Shown here: positions 1-11,147 of the stretch, in pieces
Layout: each line of letters begins with the position of its first letter
Position numbering within the stretch: position 1 is the first letter of the stretch
Assembly (NCBI GenBank): GCA_963692775.1
Contig: OY839116.1
Location: forward strand, 1,542,544 to 1,606,543
DNA length: 64,000 bases
Origin: Dehalococcoidia bacterium
Lineage (GTDB): Bacteria > Chloroflexota > Dehalococcoidia > UBA2979
Direction: 5' to 3'
The notes under the pieces: generated by a model
The model's database searches: none
Told to the model about the DNA's origin: nothing
What the model saw: the letters and a program-made list of their open reading frames with translations, nothing else
Made by a program: the position numbers and the translations under genes

Positions 1-179
1 CATGATCCGGTATACTATTTCATGTGCCGGTGAGAGTAGTTCCGCCGTCGTCGCTCCGCCGCGCCACCACCCCGCACAGGGCCTCGTCTTCTGGCGCGGA
101 CCTCACCTCCCCGACAGGCGTCGGCGACGCGCGCCGCGGCCTCGGGCGCGCCCCTGTCCGCGCGCTCCGTACGGATTGA

Positions 180-2240
<2,061 letters not shown>

Positions 2241-2258
2241 CGGCTCCGCACACCGGCA

Positions 2259-2744
2259 ATGACCAGCCCCGCCGAGGACGCCCCGCAGCCGCTCCACGTC
2301 GAGTTCGACGCGGAGGAGGCCTGCCCGATCGCGTTCGAGGGCGACCCCTCGGTGGTGCTGTACTTCGCGTCCTGGGCGTTCTCGCTGCGCTTCGGGGCGC
2401 AGCACGAGCTGGCGCGCGCCGCGAGCCGCATCGAGACGCTGCACAAGGTCGCGCTGCGCCCGCTGCTGCGCTACGCCGACCGCCGCGTCGAGGACGAGGC
2501 GGACCGCCGCGAGCTGCAGCGGATGTGGCAGGACCCCGCGGCCCTCGCCAGCTGCTGCCGCGCCGTGGCCGCGGCGACCACGGCCGGCGACCGCCAGCTC
2601 GACGAGCTGCTCGAGGGCTACGAGAACCTCGCGCCGCGCCTCGAAGAGCTGGCGGCGATGTGCGACTGGGCTGCCGCGCGGGGCGCGCGCGTGCGGCTCT
2701 CCTTCGACCTCGGCGAGCCGGGCCCGCCCGCAACCGGCGATTGA
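2259..2744 (+). CDS. hypothetical protein
   Basis: 161 aa ORF directly after gyrB with high GC3 codon bias; no recognised motif. Confidence 0.5.
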   Translation: MTSPAEDAPQPLHVEFDAEEACPIAFEGDPSVVLYFASWAFSLRFGAQHELARAASRIETLHKVALRPLLRYADRRVEDEADRRELQRMWQDPAALASCCRAVAAATTAGDRQLDELLEGYENLAPRLEELAAMCDWAAARGARVRLSFDLGEPGPPATGD

Positions 2745-2775
2745 GCGCCGATCGGCGGCGTGCCACGATGCGCGC

Positions 2776-3468
2776 ATGAGCTTCGAGCGTGCCCGCTTCG
2801 ACGAGTACGAGCGCCTCTTGGGCCGACCGGGGCTGGCGGCGGCTGGCCTGCGCTGGGCGCTTGGCCCGCAAGGCGCGTTCGTCATGAACGGGCCACTGCT
2901 GCGGCTGCCCGACGAGCTGAACATGGAGCCGGTCCTGCGCGTGCTCGACATCGGCTGCGGACGCGCCTCGGTGCTCCGTTTCATGGACGGCCGCGTGCGC
3001 TTCGACCACCAACCCGTCGGCCTCGACTTCTCGCGAGCGATCCTGCGGCACGCGCAGCGCGACGCGGCCGGAACGGCGCGGCCGCCCGCGCTCGTGCAGG
3101 GCTCGGCGACGAGCCTGCCGATCGCCTCGGGCGCGTTCGACCTCGTGCTCTGCGGCTACCTGGTGAAGCACCTCGATGACGACGGCCTGCGCGACCTGCT
3201 CGACGAGGTCTGGCGCGTGCTCGCGCCCGGCGGGCTGGCGCTGATCTGGGAGTTCGCGTCGACCGGGCGGCGCTTCCTCGACGCCTGGAACCGGCGCTGG
3301 CTGGGCCGCCACGTGCGCGCGCCGCAGCTGCGCTCGGGGCGCACGCTGCTGCGCTTCGCACAGGAGGCAGGCTTCCCGTTCGCGATCGAGGCGGGACTGC
3401 GCCCGTTCCTGTTCCCGCCGGTGCCGCGCGCCTCGATCCTCTTCGGCCGCCCGCCCGACGAGGCGTAG
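2776..3468 (+). CDS. class I SAM-dependent methyltransferase
   Basis: VLDIGCGRAS (motif I), acidic loop, LAPGGLALIWEF (motif II/III) pattern. Confidence 0.7.
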   Translation: MSFERARFDEYERLLGRPGLAAAGLRWALGPQGAFVMNGPLLRLPDELNMEPVLRVLDIGCGRASVLRFMDGRVRFDHQPVGLDFSRAILRHAQRDAAGTARPPALVQGSATSLPIASGAFDLVLCGYLVKHLDDDGLRDLLDEVWRVLAPGGLALIWEFASTGRRFLDAWNRRWLGRHVRAPQLRSGRTLLRFAQEAGFPFAIEAGLRPFLFPPVPRASILFGRPPDEA

Positions 3469-3477
3469 CGGGCGCGC

Positions 3478-4086
3478 TCAGGCGCGGTAGAGCCCACGCT
3501 CGGCAATGAGCCTCCGCACGCCCGGCGGCAGCAGCGGCGCCGTCGGCTCGCCCTCGCGCAGGCGGCGCCGCAGCTCCGAGGCCGAGACATCGAGCTGCGG
3601 AATCAGCACCCGATCGACGCGAGCAGCCAGGTCGGGGAACGCCTCGGCTGCCGCGCGGGGCAGCGATACATCCTCGGCCGCGTCGCCCCGCGCGGCGAGG
3701 GCGAGACGCGCCAGTTCGAGGATGCGGCCCGGCTCGCGCCAGTTCGGGAGGTCGGCGAGCGCGTCCCAGCCGAGGATGAACCACCACTCGTTGCGGGGAG
3801 ACTCCGCGTGCAGCTCCTCGAGCGTCTCGGCGGTGTAGCTGGGGCCGGCCCGCCGCACCTCGACATCGCTCACCTCGGCCCACGGCAGCGCGTCCTCGAC
3901 GGCGGCGCGCGTGAGCGCCAGGCGGTCGGCGGCGGGCGACACCCCGCTCCCCGCCTTGCGCCACGGGTCGCCCGCCGGGACGAGCAGCACGCGGTCGAGG
4001 GCCAGCGCCCGCCTCGCGGCCGCGGCCAGCACGAGGTGCGCGAGGTGCGGCGGGTCGAACGTGCCACCGAGGACGCCGCTGCGCAT
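3478..4086 (-). CDS. nadD: nicotinate-nucleotide adenylyltransferase
   Basis: GGTFDPPHLAHL (HxGH nucleotidyltransferase motif); start taken as internal ATG at 4086 (MRSGVLGGTFDPPH), the track ORF extends artefactually to 4248. Confidence 0.85.
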   Translation of the reverse strand: MRSGVLGGTFDPPHLAHLVLAAAARRALALDRVLLVPAGDPWRKAGSGVSPAADRLALTRAAVEDALPWAEVSDVEVRRAGPSYTAETLEELHAESPRNEWWFILGWDALADLPNWREPGRILELARLALAARGDAAEDVSLPRAAAEAFPDLAARVDRVLIPQLDVSASELRRRLREGEPTAPLLPPGVRRLIAERGLYRA

Positions 4087-4091
4087 CGCCG

Positions 4092-5390
4092 CTACTCCCA
4101 GACCAGCGCGACGTCGCCGACGCGGATCGTCGTGCCCGGCGCGACGCCCTCGCGCGAGAGCGCGCGCGCCAGGCCGAGCCGCCGCAGCCGGTCGAGCAGT
4201 TCCTCGCGCGCCTCGTGGTCCTCGAGGTCGAACGTGGCCGCCAGCCACTCCGGCGTGCGGCCGCGAACCACCACCCCGCCCTCCGCGTCGCGCTCGATCC
4301 GGAAGCGCTCGCGGCGGACCGCGCGCGGCTCAACGAGCGGTGCGGGCGCTTCCTCGGCCTGCTCGCTCCGCAGTTGCTCCTGCAGCAGCTGGAAGGCGCG
4401 CTCCGCGAGCTGCCGCGTGCCCTCCAGCGAGGCCGCCGAGATCGCGAGCCACGGCGTCTCCTGCGCTTCCAGTTGCTCCTCGAGCAGTTCGATGTGCGCA
4501 CGCGCATCCGGGTCGTCGATCTTGTTGAGGGCCAGCAGTTGCGGCTTCCCGGCGAGGCCATGCCCGAACTCCGCCAGCTCGCGGTCGATCAGCGCGCGGT
4601 CGGCGAGCGGGTCGTCGCGCGTCATGTCGAGCACGTGCACGAGCACCCGCGTGCGCTCGATGTGGCGCAGGAACTCGTGCCCGAGGCCCACGCCCTGGCT
4701 CGCGCCCTCGATCAGCCCCGGCATGTCCGCCGCGACAAACGAGTCGTAGCCGAGCTCGACCACACCAAGCTCTGGCTCGAGCGTCGTGAACGGATAGGCG
4801 GCCACCTTCGGATGCGCCGCCGACCACGCGCCCAGCAGCGTCGACTTGCCCGCGTTCGGCAACCCGACGAGGCCCACGTCCGCCAGCAGCTTCAGCTCGA
4901 GCCGCAGCCGGCGGCGCTCACCGGCCATTCCCCGCTGGGCGAAGCGCGGCGTGCGCCGGGTCGCCGTCGCGAAGCGCTTATTGCCCCAGCCGCCGCGGCC
5001 ACCCCTCGCCACGATCGCCTGGGCGCCGTTCGCCGCGAGGTCCGCGAACGGCTCTCGCTCCTCGGCGCTGGGCCGCTCCTCGTGCTCTCCCCCGAAGTCC
5101 AGATCCCACACCACGCAACCGACGGGCACCGGCAACCACAGGTCCTCGCCGGAGGCGCCGCGACGTTGCGAGGAACTCCCCGGCTGCCCGAGCGGCGCCG
5201 CGCGGACGCGACCGTCGCGATACGCCCCCAGCCCCGTCACCGTCCGGTCCGCGACGAACCCGACCGCGCCCCCCCGGCCGCCGTCGCCGCCATCGGGACC
5301 GCCGTGCGGCACGAACTTCTCCCGGCGGAACGAGACGATCCCGTCGCCGCCTTTCCCGGCAGCCACCTCGATCTCAACTTGATCGATCAC
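4092..5390 (-). CDS. obg: GTPase Obg
   Basis: Gly-rich N-terminal Obg fold (GGDGGDGGRGG), G1 GLPNAGKST, G3 DMPGLIEGA, G4 NKID, C-terminal Obg-CT/TGS-like domain; probable GTG start at 5390 (VIDQVEIEV). Confidence 0.9.
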   Translation of the reverse strand: MIDQVEIEVAAGKGGDGIVSFRREKFVPHGGPDGGDGGRGGAVGFVADRTVTGLGAYRDGRVRAAPLGQPGSSSQRRGASGEDLWLPVPVGCVVWDLDFGGEHEERPSAEEREPFADLAANGAQAIVARGGRGGWGNKRFATATRRTPRFAQRGMAGERRRLRLELKLLADVGLVGLPNAGKSTLLGAWSAAHPKVAAYPFTTLEPELGVVELGYDSFVAADMPGLIEGASQGVGLGHEFLRHIERTRVLVHVLDMTRDDPLADRALIDRELAEFGHGLAGKPQLLALNKIDDPDARAHIELLEEQLEAQETPWLAISAASLEGTRQLAERAFQLLQEQLRSEQAEEAPAPLVEPRAVRRERFRIERDAEGGVVVRGRTPEWLAATFDLEDHEAREELLDRLRRLGLARALSREGVAPGTTIRVGDVALVWE

Positions 5391-5729
5391 GGGATCCACT
5401 CCACAACGAAACGAGGATACTTGTCCACGAAGAACCTCTCGGATGAGGGATGGAGGTGGGTTCAGAGTAGTGATAGTAGCGCCGTGGGTTCCGTGGGTGA
5501 GCCCTGCTCGGCGCAATAGGGACAGGCTGAAGCAGTGCGAGTCGGCGTGGAGAGGGGTTCGAGGAAACTGCGAACACTCGTGGGCAGCCGGTGGGCAGTT
5601 GCGCGGGAGGCCTCGCGAAGGGCCGAGGCGGGCGCAAGGTAAGCACAGCCTGCGGGCGGGTTGTGGGGGTTCTGCGCACAGCGGGCGCGCGGCTTACCCA
5701 CAATGCATCGCAAGGGGATGCTGGGCTGG

Positions 5730-6965
5730 TCAGGGCTGGTCGGCGGATGAGAGGAGCGCCGCCACGCGGTCGAGGATGCGGTGCGCGCAGTCGTACTTGG
5801 AGAGGAGCGGCAGCTCGGCGCAGCCGCCCTCGCGGTCGAGGATCACGATGCGGTTCGTGTCGACGGCGAAGCCGGCGTCCTGCGCGCTGACATCGTTCGC
5901 GACGATCAGGTGCGCGCCCTTCGCCGCCAGCTTGTGGGCGGCGTTCTCGATCAGGTCGTCGGTCTCGGCGGCGAACGCGACCTTGATCAGGCCCTCGCGC
6001 TGGATCGAGGCGATCAGGTCCGGGTTGCGCTCCAGCTCCAGCGACCAGTGTTCAAGGCCGCCGCGCTTCTGCTTCCGGTCCAGGGCCGCGCTCGGGCGGT
6101 AGTCGGCGACGGCGGCGGCCATGATCAGCGCGGCGCAGTCCGGGACGTGCGCCTCGAGGGCGGCGAGCATCTCGTGCGCGGTCTCGACGCGCACGACCTC
6201 CGTCGCCTCGGGCGGGGCGAGTTCGGCGCTGGTGATCAGCACCACCTCGGCGCCGCGGTCGCGCGCCGCTTCGGCGACGGCGTGGCCCATCTTGCCGGTG
6301 GAGCGGTTGCCGAGGAAGCGGACGGGGTCGGCGGGCTCGCGCGTGCCGCCCGCGGTCACGGCGACGCGCACGCCGGCGAGATCTCCGTACTCGCGCCCGA
6401 TGCGCGACTTCACGTGGCCTGCGATCGCGGCGGGCTCCATCAGCCGCCCCGCGCCCACCTCGCCGGAGGCGAGCCGCCCCTCGACCGGCCCGATGAACTC
6501 GACGCCGCGCTCGCGGAGCAGGGCGGCGTTGGCCTGCGTGGCGGCGTTGGCCCACATCTGCGCGTCCATCGCGGGCGCGATCAGCAGCGGCCCGCGCATC
6601 GCCAGCGCGGTCAGGGAGACGAAGTCGTCCGCGACGCCGTGCGCGATCCGCGCGATCGTCGAGGCGCTGGCCGGGACGATCAGGTAGAGGTCTGCGCCGC
6701 GGCCGAGTGCGACATGCGGCTCGGCGTGCGGGCCGGCGGTGGCCCAGAGGTCGACGAACGGCTCGCGGCCGGTGATCCCGCGGAAGGTGAGCGGGCCGAC
6801 GAACTTCGTGGCGGCCGCGGTCATCACGACCTCGACCTCGGCGCCCGCCTGCACGAGGCGGCTCGTCACCTCGACGGCCTTGTAGGCGGCGATCGAGCCG
6901 GTGACGCCGAGCACGATCGTGCGTCCGCTCAGCGGCGCCGGCAGCGCGGCGGGCTGCTCGCTCAT
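5730..6965 (-). CDS. coaBC: bifunctional phosphopantothenoylcysteine decarboxylase / phosphopantothenate-cysteine ligase
   Basis: Flavoprotein N-terminus IVLGVTGSIAAYKA plus DFP ligase C-terminal domain; ATG at 6965 overlaps coaX stop (ATGA). Confidence 0.9.
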   Translation of the reverse strand: MSEQPAALPAPLSGRTIVLGVTGSIAAYKAVEVTSRLVQAGAEVEVVMTAAATKFVGPLTFRGITGREPFVDLWATAGPHAEPHVALGRGADLYLIVPASASTIARIAHGVADDFVSLTALAMRGPLLIAPAMDAQMWANAATQANAALLRERGVEFIGPVEGRLASGEVGAGRLMEPAAIAGHVKSRIGREYGDLAGVRVAVTAGGTREPADPVRFLGNRSTGKMGHAVAEAARDRGAEVVLITSAELAPPEATEVVRVETAHEMLAALEAHVPDCAALIMAAAVADYRPSAALDRKQKRGGLEHWSLELERNPDLIASIQREGLIKVAFAAETDDLIENAAHKLAAKGAHLIVANDVSAQDAGFAVDTNRIVILDREGGCAELPLLSKYDCAHRILDRVAALLSSADQP

Positions 6966-7732
6966 CGGTTGGCCTCGTAGACCAGGCGCAGGCCCTCGAG
7001 GTTGAGGTCCTCCTCGACGGCGTCGATGCAGCACGCGACCTCGGCGATGAGCGGGGCGTACCCGCCGGTGGCGATCACCGTGGTGCCGCCGCCGAGCTCG
7101 GCCTGGAAGCGCCGCACCATGCCGCAGATCAGCTCGGCATAGCCGTAGACGATGCCGGACTGCATCGCGTGCCGCGTGTTGCGGCCGATGACGCCGGGCA
7201 TCGCGGGCGGCTCAAGCGCGACGCAGGGCAGCCGCGCCGCGCGCTCGAAGAGCGCGCCGGAAGCGATGCCGATCCCGGGCGCGATCGCGCCGCCCAGGTA
7301 GTCGCCCTCGGCAGAGACCGCGTCGAGGACGAGCGCGGTGCCGAGGTCCACCACGATCAACGGCGGCGGGCGCCGGTCGAGCGCCGCGACCGCGTGGAGG
7401 ATGCGGTCCGGGCCGACCTCGGCCGGGTTGTCGCAGCGAATCGCGATCCCGGTGTCGACGCCGGCGCCGACCACCAGGGGGTCGAACCCGAAGCGTTCGC
7501 GGCAGACGGCGGCGAAGGTGGCCTCGAGGGCCGGCACCGTGGAGGAGAGCGCCGCGCCCTCGATGCGGTCGAGGGGAAGGCCGTTGGAGCACAGCGCCGC
7601 GGTGAGTTCGCGCGCGTAGTCCTCGGCGGAGCGCTCGGCGTCGGCGGGCATGCGAACGCGCGAGGCAAGCCGCGAGCCCTCGTAGACGCCGATCGCGACG
7701 CTGGTATTGCCGATGTCGATGGCGAGAAGCAG
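6962..7732 (-). CDS. coaX: type III pantothenate kinase
   Basis: N-terminus LLAIDIGNTSVAIGVY and C-terminus TVIATGGYAPLI typical of CoaX; no in-frame ATG/GTG/TTG at the conserved N-terminus, start set at CTG 7732 and uncertain. Confidence 0.75.
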   Translation of the reverse strand: MLLAIDIGNTSVAIGVYEGSRLASRVRMPADAERSAEDYARELTAALCSNGLPLDRIEGAALSSTVPALEATFAAVCRERFGFDPLVVGAGVDTGIAIRCDNPAEVGPDRILHAVAALDRRPPPLIVVDLGTALVLDAVSAEGDYLGGAIAPGIGIASGALFERAARLPCVALEPPAMPGVIGRNTRHAMQSGIVYGYAELICGMVRRFQAELGGGTTVIATGGYAPLIAEVACCIDAVEEDLNLEGLRLVYEANR

Positions 7733-7822
7733 GGTGTAGCTCCGGATGCGGGTGCTGGGTTCGAGGGTGGCCGCGAGCGCGCCAAGGTCGTTGGTCGGCT
7801 CGCAGCGAAGCGAGAGCGCGGA

Positions 7823-7831
7823 TTATACACA
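7823..7831 (+). promoter_or_regulatory. DnaA-box-like 9-mer TTATACACA (1 mismatch to TTATCCACA) in the coaX-dnaA intergenic region
   Basis: Direct sequence match; the only good DnaA box seen in the roughly 390 bp spacer upstream of dnaA. Confidence 0.35.
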
Positions 7832-8135
7832 GTTCATCCCAAGGCCGCCCCGAAGTTTGGCGATCGGCGGGGAAAGCCCATGCATGCGCACATAACAGGC
7901 TTGTCGGGCGGTGCGCGGGTCGCTAGCCTCGCGCCTGCCAAGGGCATCGATATCACTTACGGGTCACCCTCGGAGCGGCGGGGGCGAGGGAGTGGCGGGC
8001 CCCTGAGCAGACAGATTCAGGCGTGCGCGTGTTACCAACACGTGTGCATGGGTCGTTGACATCCGTGTCGGCTGTGGTTCCGGGCGCGCGTTATGCGCTC
8101 CGGGAAACGCCCGGCGGCGCCGGAAGGGTACGAGG

Positions 8136-9485
8136 GTGGAGCAGGATCCGGCCCAGCTCTGGCAGTCGGCGCTCCGTTACCTCCGGCAGCACGTTTCCGA
8201 GGCGAACTACCAGACCTGGCTCGCGGACACCGAGGGCGTGCGCCTCGACGGCGCCACGCTGGTTATCGGCACGCGCTCCGAGTTCGTCACGGAGTGGCTG
8301 CAGCAGCGCCTGCGCCCCCTGATCCTGCGGACGCTGACCGATCTCGCGGACCGCCCGATCGAGGTCTCCTTCGAGCCGTTGCGGCCTCCGGCCGACGACT
8401 CGCCGCTGTTGCAGCGAGCGGGGGCCGCCGAGGGGCGCAAGCCGGCGTACCCGCGCCCGCGGCTGCATCCCCGCTACGTCTTCGACACCTTCATCGTCGG
8501 TCCGGGCAACCGCCTGGCGTTCGCCGCGGCCGAGGGCGTCGCCGATTCTCCCGGCATGCTGCACAACCCGCTGTTCCTCTACGGCGCCGTCGGTCTCGGC
8601 AAGACGCACCTGCTGCAGGGCGTCGGCCACAAGCTGGTCAAGGCCGGGCGGCAGATCACCTACATCTCCGCCGAGCAGTTCACGAACGACCTCGTAACGG
8701 CGATTCAGCAGCGCACCCAGGAGGAGTTCCGCGCCCGCTACCGCGCCACCGACGCGCTGCTGATCGACGACATCCAGTTCGTCGGGGGCAAGGAGGCGAC
8801 GCAGGAAGAGCTGTTCCACACCTTCAACGTGCTCTACGAGGCCGGCCACCAGATCGTCATCACCTCGGACAAGAGCCCGGTGCTGATCCCGGACCTCGAG
8901 GAGCGGCTGCGCTCCCGCTTCGAGTGGGGGATGATCGCCGACATCCAGGCGCCCGACCTGGAGACCCGCGTGGCGATCCTGCGCTCCAAGGCGGAGGAGC
9001 AGCGCGTCCGCGTCAACGATGACGCGCTGCACGTCATCGCGCGCCGCTTCATCAGCAACATCCGGGAGCTCGAGGGCTCGTTGACGCGCGTCGTCGCCTA
9101 CTCGCGGCTCACCGGCGAGCCGATCGAGCCGGCGCTGGTGCAGTCCGCGCTCGCCTCGCTCGACCCGACCGAGCCGCGGCTGCCGCCCTCGCCGGAGGCG
9201 ATCCTCGAGGTGGTCTGCCGCTACTTCGAGATCGACCGCGAGGCGCTGCTCTCCAAGAGCCGCGAGAAGCGGGTCGCCTACCCCCGGCAGCTGGCGATGT
9301 ACCTGATGCGCGAGCTCGCGCACCGCTCGCTCGCCGAGATCGGCCAGACCCTGGGCGGACGCGACCACTCCACGGTCCACCACGGCTGGAGCAAGATGGA
9401 GCGCTCCGTCCAGGTCGACCCCGAGACGAAGCGCGACATCGCCACGCTGCGCGAGCTGGTCGAGCGCGCCCGCGAGGTCGCGTAG
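8136..9485 (+). CDS. dnaA: chromosomal replication initiator DnaA
   Basis: AAA+ Walker A GAVGLGKTHL, Walker B LLIDDIQF, C-terminal domain IV HTH (YLMRELAHRSLAEIGQTLGGRDHSTVHH); GTG start at 8136. Confidence 0.95.
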   Translation: MEQDPAQLWQSALRYLRQHVSEANYQTWLADTEGVRLDGATLVIGTRSEFVTEWLQQRLRPLILRTLTDLADRPIEVSFEPLRPPADDSPLLQRAGAAEGRKPAYPRPRLHPRYVFDTFIVGPGNRLAFAAAEGVADSPGMLHNPLFLYGAVGLGKTHLLQGVGHKLVKAGRQITYISAEQFTNDLVTAIQQRTQEEFRARYRATDALLIDDIQFVGGKEATQEELFHTFNVLYEAGHQIVITSDKSPVLIPDLEERLRSRFEWGMIADIQAPDLETRVAILRSKAEEQRVRVNDDALHVIARRFISNIRELEGSLTRVVAYSRLTGEPIEPALVQSALASLDPTEPRLPPSPEAILEVVCRYFEIDREALLSKSREKRVAYPRQLAMYLMRELAHRSLAEIGQTLGGRDHSTVHHGWSKMERSVQVDPETKRDIATLRELVERAREVA

Positions 9486-9530
9486 CCGCTCCTCGGACCC
9501 CGTCCCGGCCGCGCGCCCCCGCGCCGCGCC

Positions 9531-11033
9531 TCAGCGCGCGCGGTTGAGGGCGTAGTGGACGAGCGTGCGCGCCGCGGCGCCGGCGTTGCCCTTGACCAGC
9601 ACCCCGCGGTCGCGGTCCGCGTCCATCACGCCGGCGATGTCGAAGTGCGCCCAGGGCGTGTCGCCGGCGAAGCGATGCAGGAACTTCGCGGCGGTGATCG
9701 AGCCGGCGCCGCGTCCGCCGGTGTTCTTGATGTCCGCCACGTCCGAGCGGATCTGCTCGTCGTACTCGTCGTCGAGCGGGAAGCGCCAGAGCTTCTCGCC
9801 CGAGGCGGACGCGGCGCGCTCGAGGTCGGCGTAGAGCCGGTCGTTGTTCGCGAAGACGCCGATCCGCACGTTGCCGAGCGCGATCGCCATCGCCCCGGTC
9901 AGCGTCGCCACGTCGACGAGCGGCGTGCAGCCCTGCGACTTCGCGTAGGCGAGGGCGTCGGCGAGCACGAGGCGGCCTTCGGCGTCCGTGTTGATCACCT
10001 CGATCGACTGTCCGTCCAGAGCGTAGAAGACGTCGCCGGGCTTGGTCGCCGTCCCGCTCGGCATGTTCTCGGTGCAGGGCGCGATCGCGGTCACGTTGAC
10101 GGCGGGCTCCAGGCGGGCGATCGCGCCGATCGCGCCGATCACCGCGGCGGCCCCGCTCATGTCGCCCTTCATCCGCTCCATGTTCGCCGGCGGCTTCAGC
10201 GAGATGCCGCCCGTGTCGAAGGTGATGCCCTTGCCGACGAGGCCGACGCTGCGCCGCCCGCGGCCGCCGCGGTAGCGCAGCACGATGAACTTGGGAGGCT
10301 GCTGCGAGCCCTGCGCGACGGAGAGGTAGGAGTTCATCCCCATCCGCTCGGCCGCGGCGCGCTCGATCACCTCGCACTCGAGGCCCAGCTCGTCGGCGCG
10401 CGCCTGGGCGCGCGCGGCGACGTCGCTCGGGGTCATCAGGTTGGCGGGCGAGTTGGCGAGGTCGCGCGTGAAGTTCTGCGCCTCGGCGAGGATCGCGCCG
10501 CGGCGCACGCCCGGCTCGGCGGCCCGCGCGCGCCGCGCCGACGTCTCGACGATGGTCAGCGCCGTGACGGAGCCGCGCGGCTTGTCCCGCGCGCGGGTGC
10601 GGTGCTGGTCGAAGCGGTAGAGGCCGAGCTCGAAGGCCTCGGCGAGGATGCGCCCCGTCTCCCCGGCGTCGCCCGTGGCGCGGGCGCCGCCCTGCGTGGA
10701 GATGGCGACGCTGCCGGCGTCGAGGCCGCGCAGCGCGCGCGCCAGTCCGGCGGTCTGGTTGCGCAGCCGGTCGGGCGTCAGCTGCTCGCGCTTGCCGAGC
10801 CCCTGCACCACGACGCGGGCGGCGGGGATGCGGCCGCCCGTGGCGATCGGCGTGGTCTCGTTCGCGCGCCCGGGCGCCAGGCCGGAGCGTAGCAGCGCGC
10901 TGATCGCGCCGTCGAGCGCCTCGTCGAGGGCGGCTGCGGCGCCGCCCAGGCGGCGCGTCTCCTCGGGCAACGCGACGACGATCGTGTCGACCTGCTGGTC
11001 CGCCAAGTCGCCGCTCGTGACGTTGATCTCCAC
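9531..11033 (-). CDS. pepA: leucyl aminopeptidase (M17)
   Basis: M17 signatures VGKGITFDTGGISLKP and NTDAEGRLVLADALAYA. Confidence 0.85.
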   Translation of the reverse strand: MEINVTSGDLADQQVDTIVVALPEETRRLGGAAAALDEALDGAISALLRSGLAPGRANETTPIATGGRIPAARVVVQGLGKREQLTPDRLRNQTAGLARALRGLDAGSVAISTQGGARATGDAGETGRILAEAFELGLYRFDQHRTRARDKPRGSVTALTIVETSARRARAAEPGVRRGAILAEAQNFTRDLANSPANLMTPSDVAARAQARADELGLECEVIERAAAERMGMNSYLSVAQGSQQPPKFIVLRYRGGRGRRSVGLVGKGITFDTGGISLKPPANMERMKGDMSGAAAVIGAIGAIARLEPAVNVTAIAPCTENMPSGTATKPGDVFYALDGQSIEVINTDAEGRLVLADALAYAKSQGCTPLVDVATLTGAMAIALGNVRIGVFANNDRLYADLERAASASGEKLWRFPLDDEYDEQIRSDVADIKNTGGRGAGSITAAKFLHRFAGDTPWAHFDIAGVMDADRDRGVLVKGNAGAAARTLVHYALNRAR

Positions 11034-11147
11034 CGCTGGCTCCTTTCGCAGCCTCGGGACACGCGGGTCACGCTTGCCCGCGAGCGTACGCTATCATTAG
11101 CGGGCGGCGCGGCACGCGGGCAGGCAGCCGGGCCAGCGGGGACACGG

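Noticed and set aside
5600-5700. Possible SRP RNA (ffs) in the obg upstream spacer
   Set aside because: Only a loose resemblance to the domain IV AAGGAAGCAGCC motif; the flanking conserved GGAA tetraloop helix could not be reconstructed. Kept as a low-interest finding but not called as a feature.
7861-8100. Additional DnaA boxes in the dnaA upstream spacer (for example TTATGTGCG, TGTGGTTCC, TTATGCGCT)
   Set aside because: Each has 3 or more mismatches to TTATCCACA, so they are not reportable as boxes.
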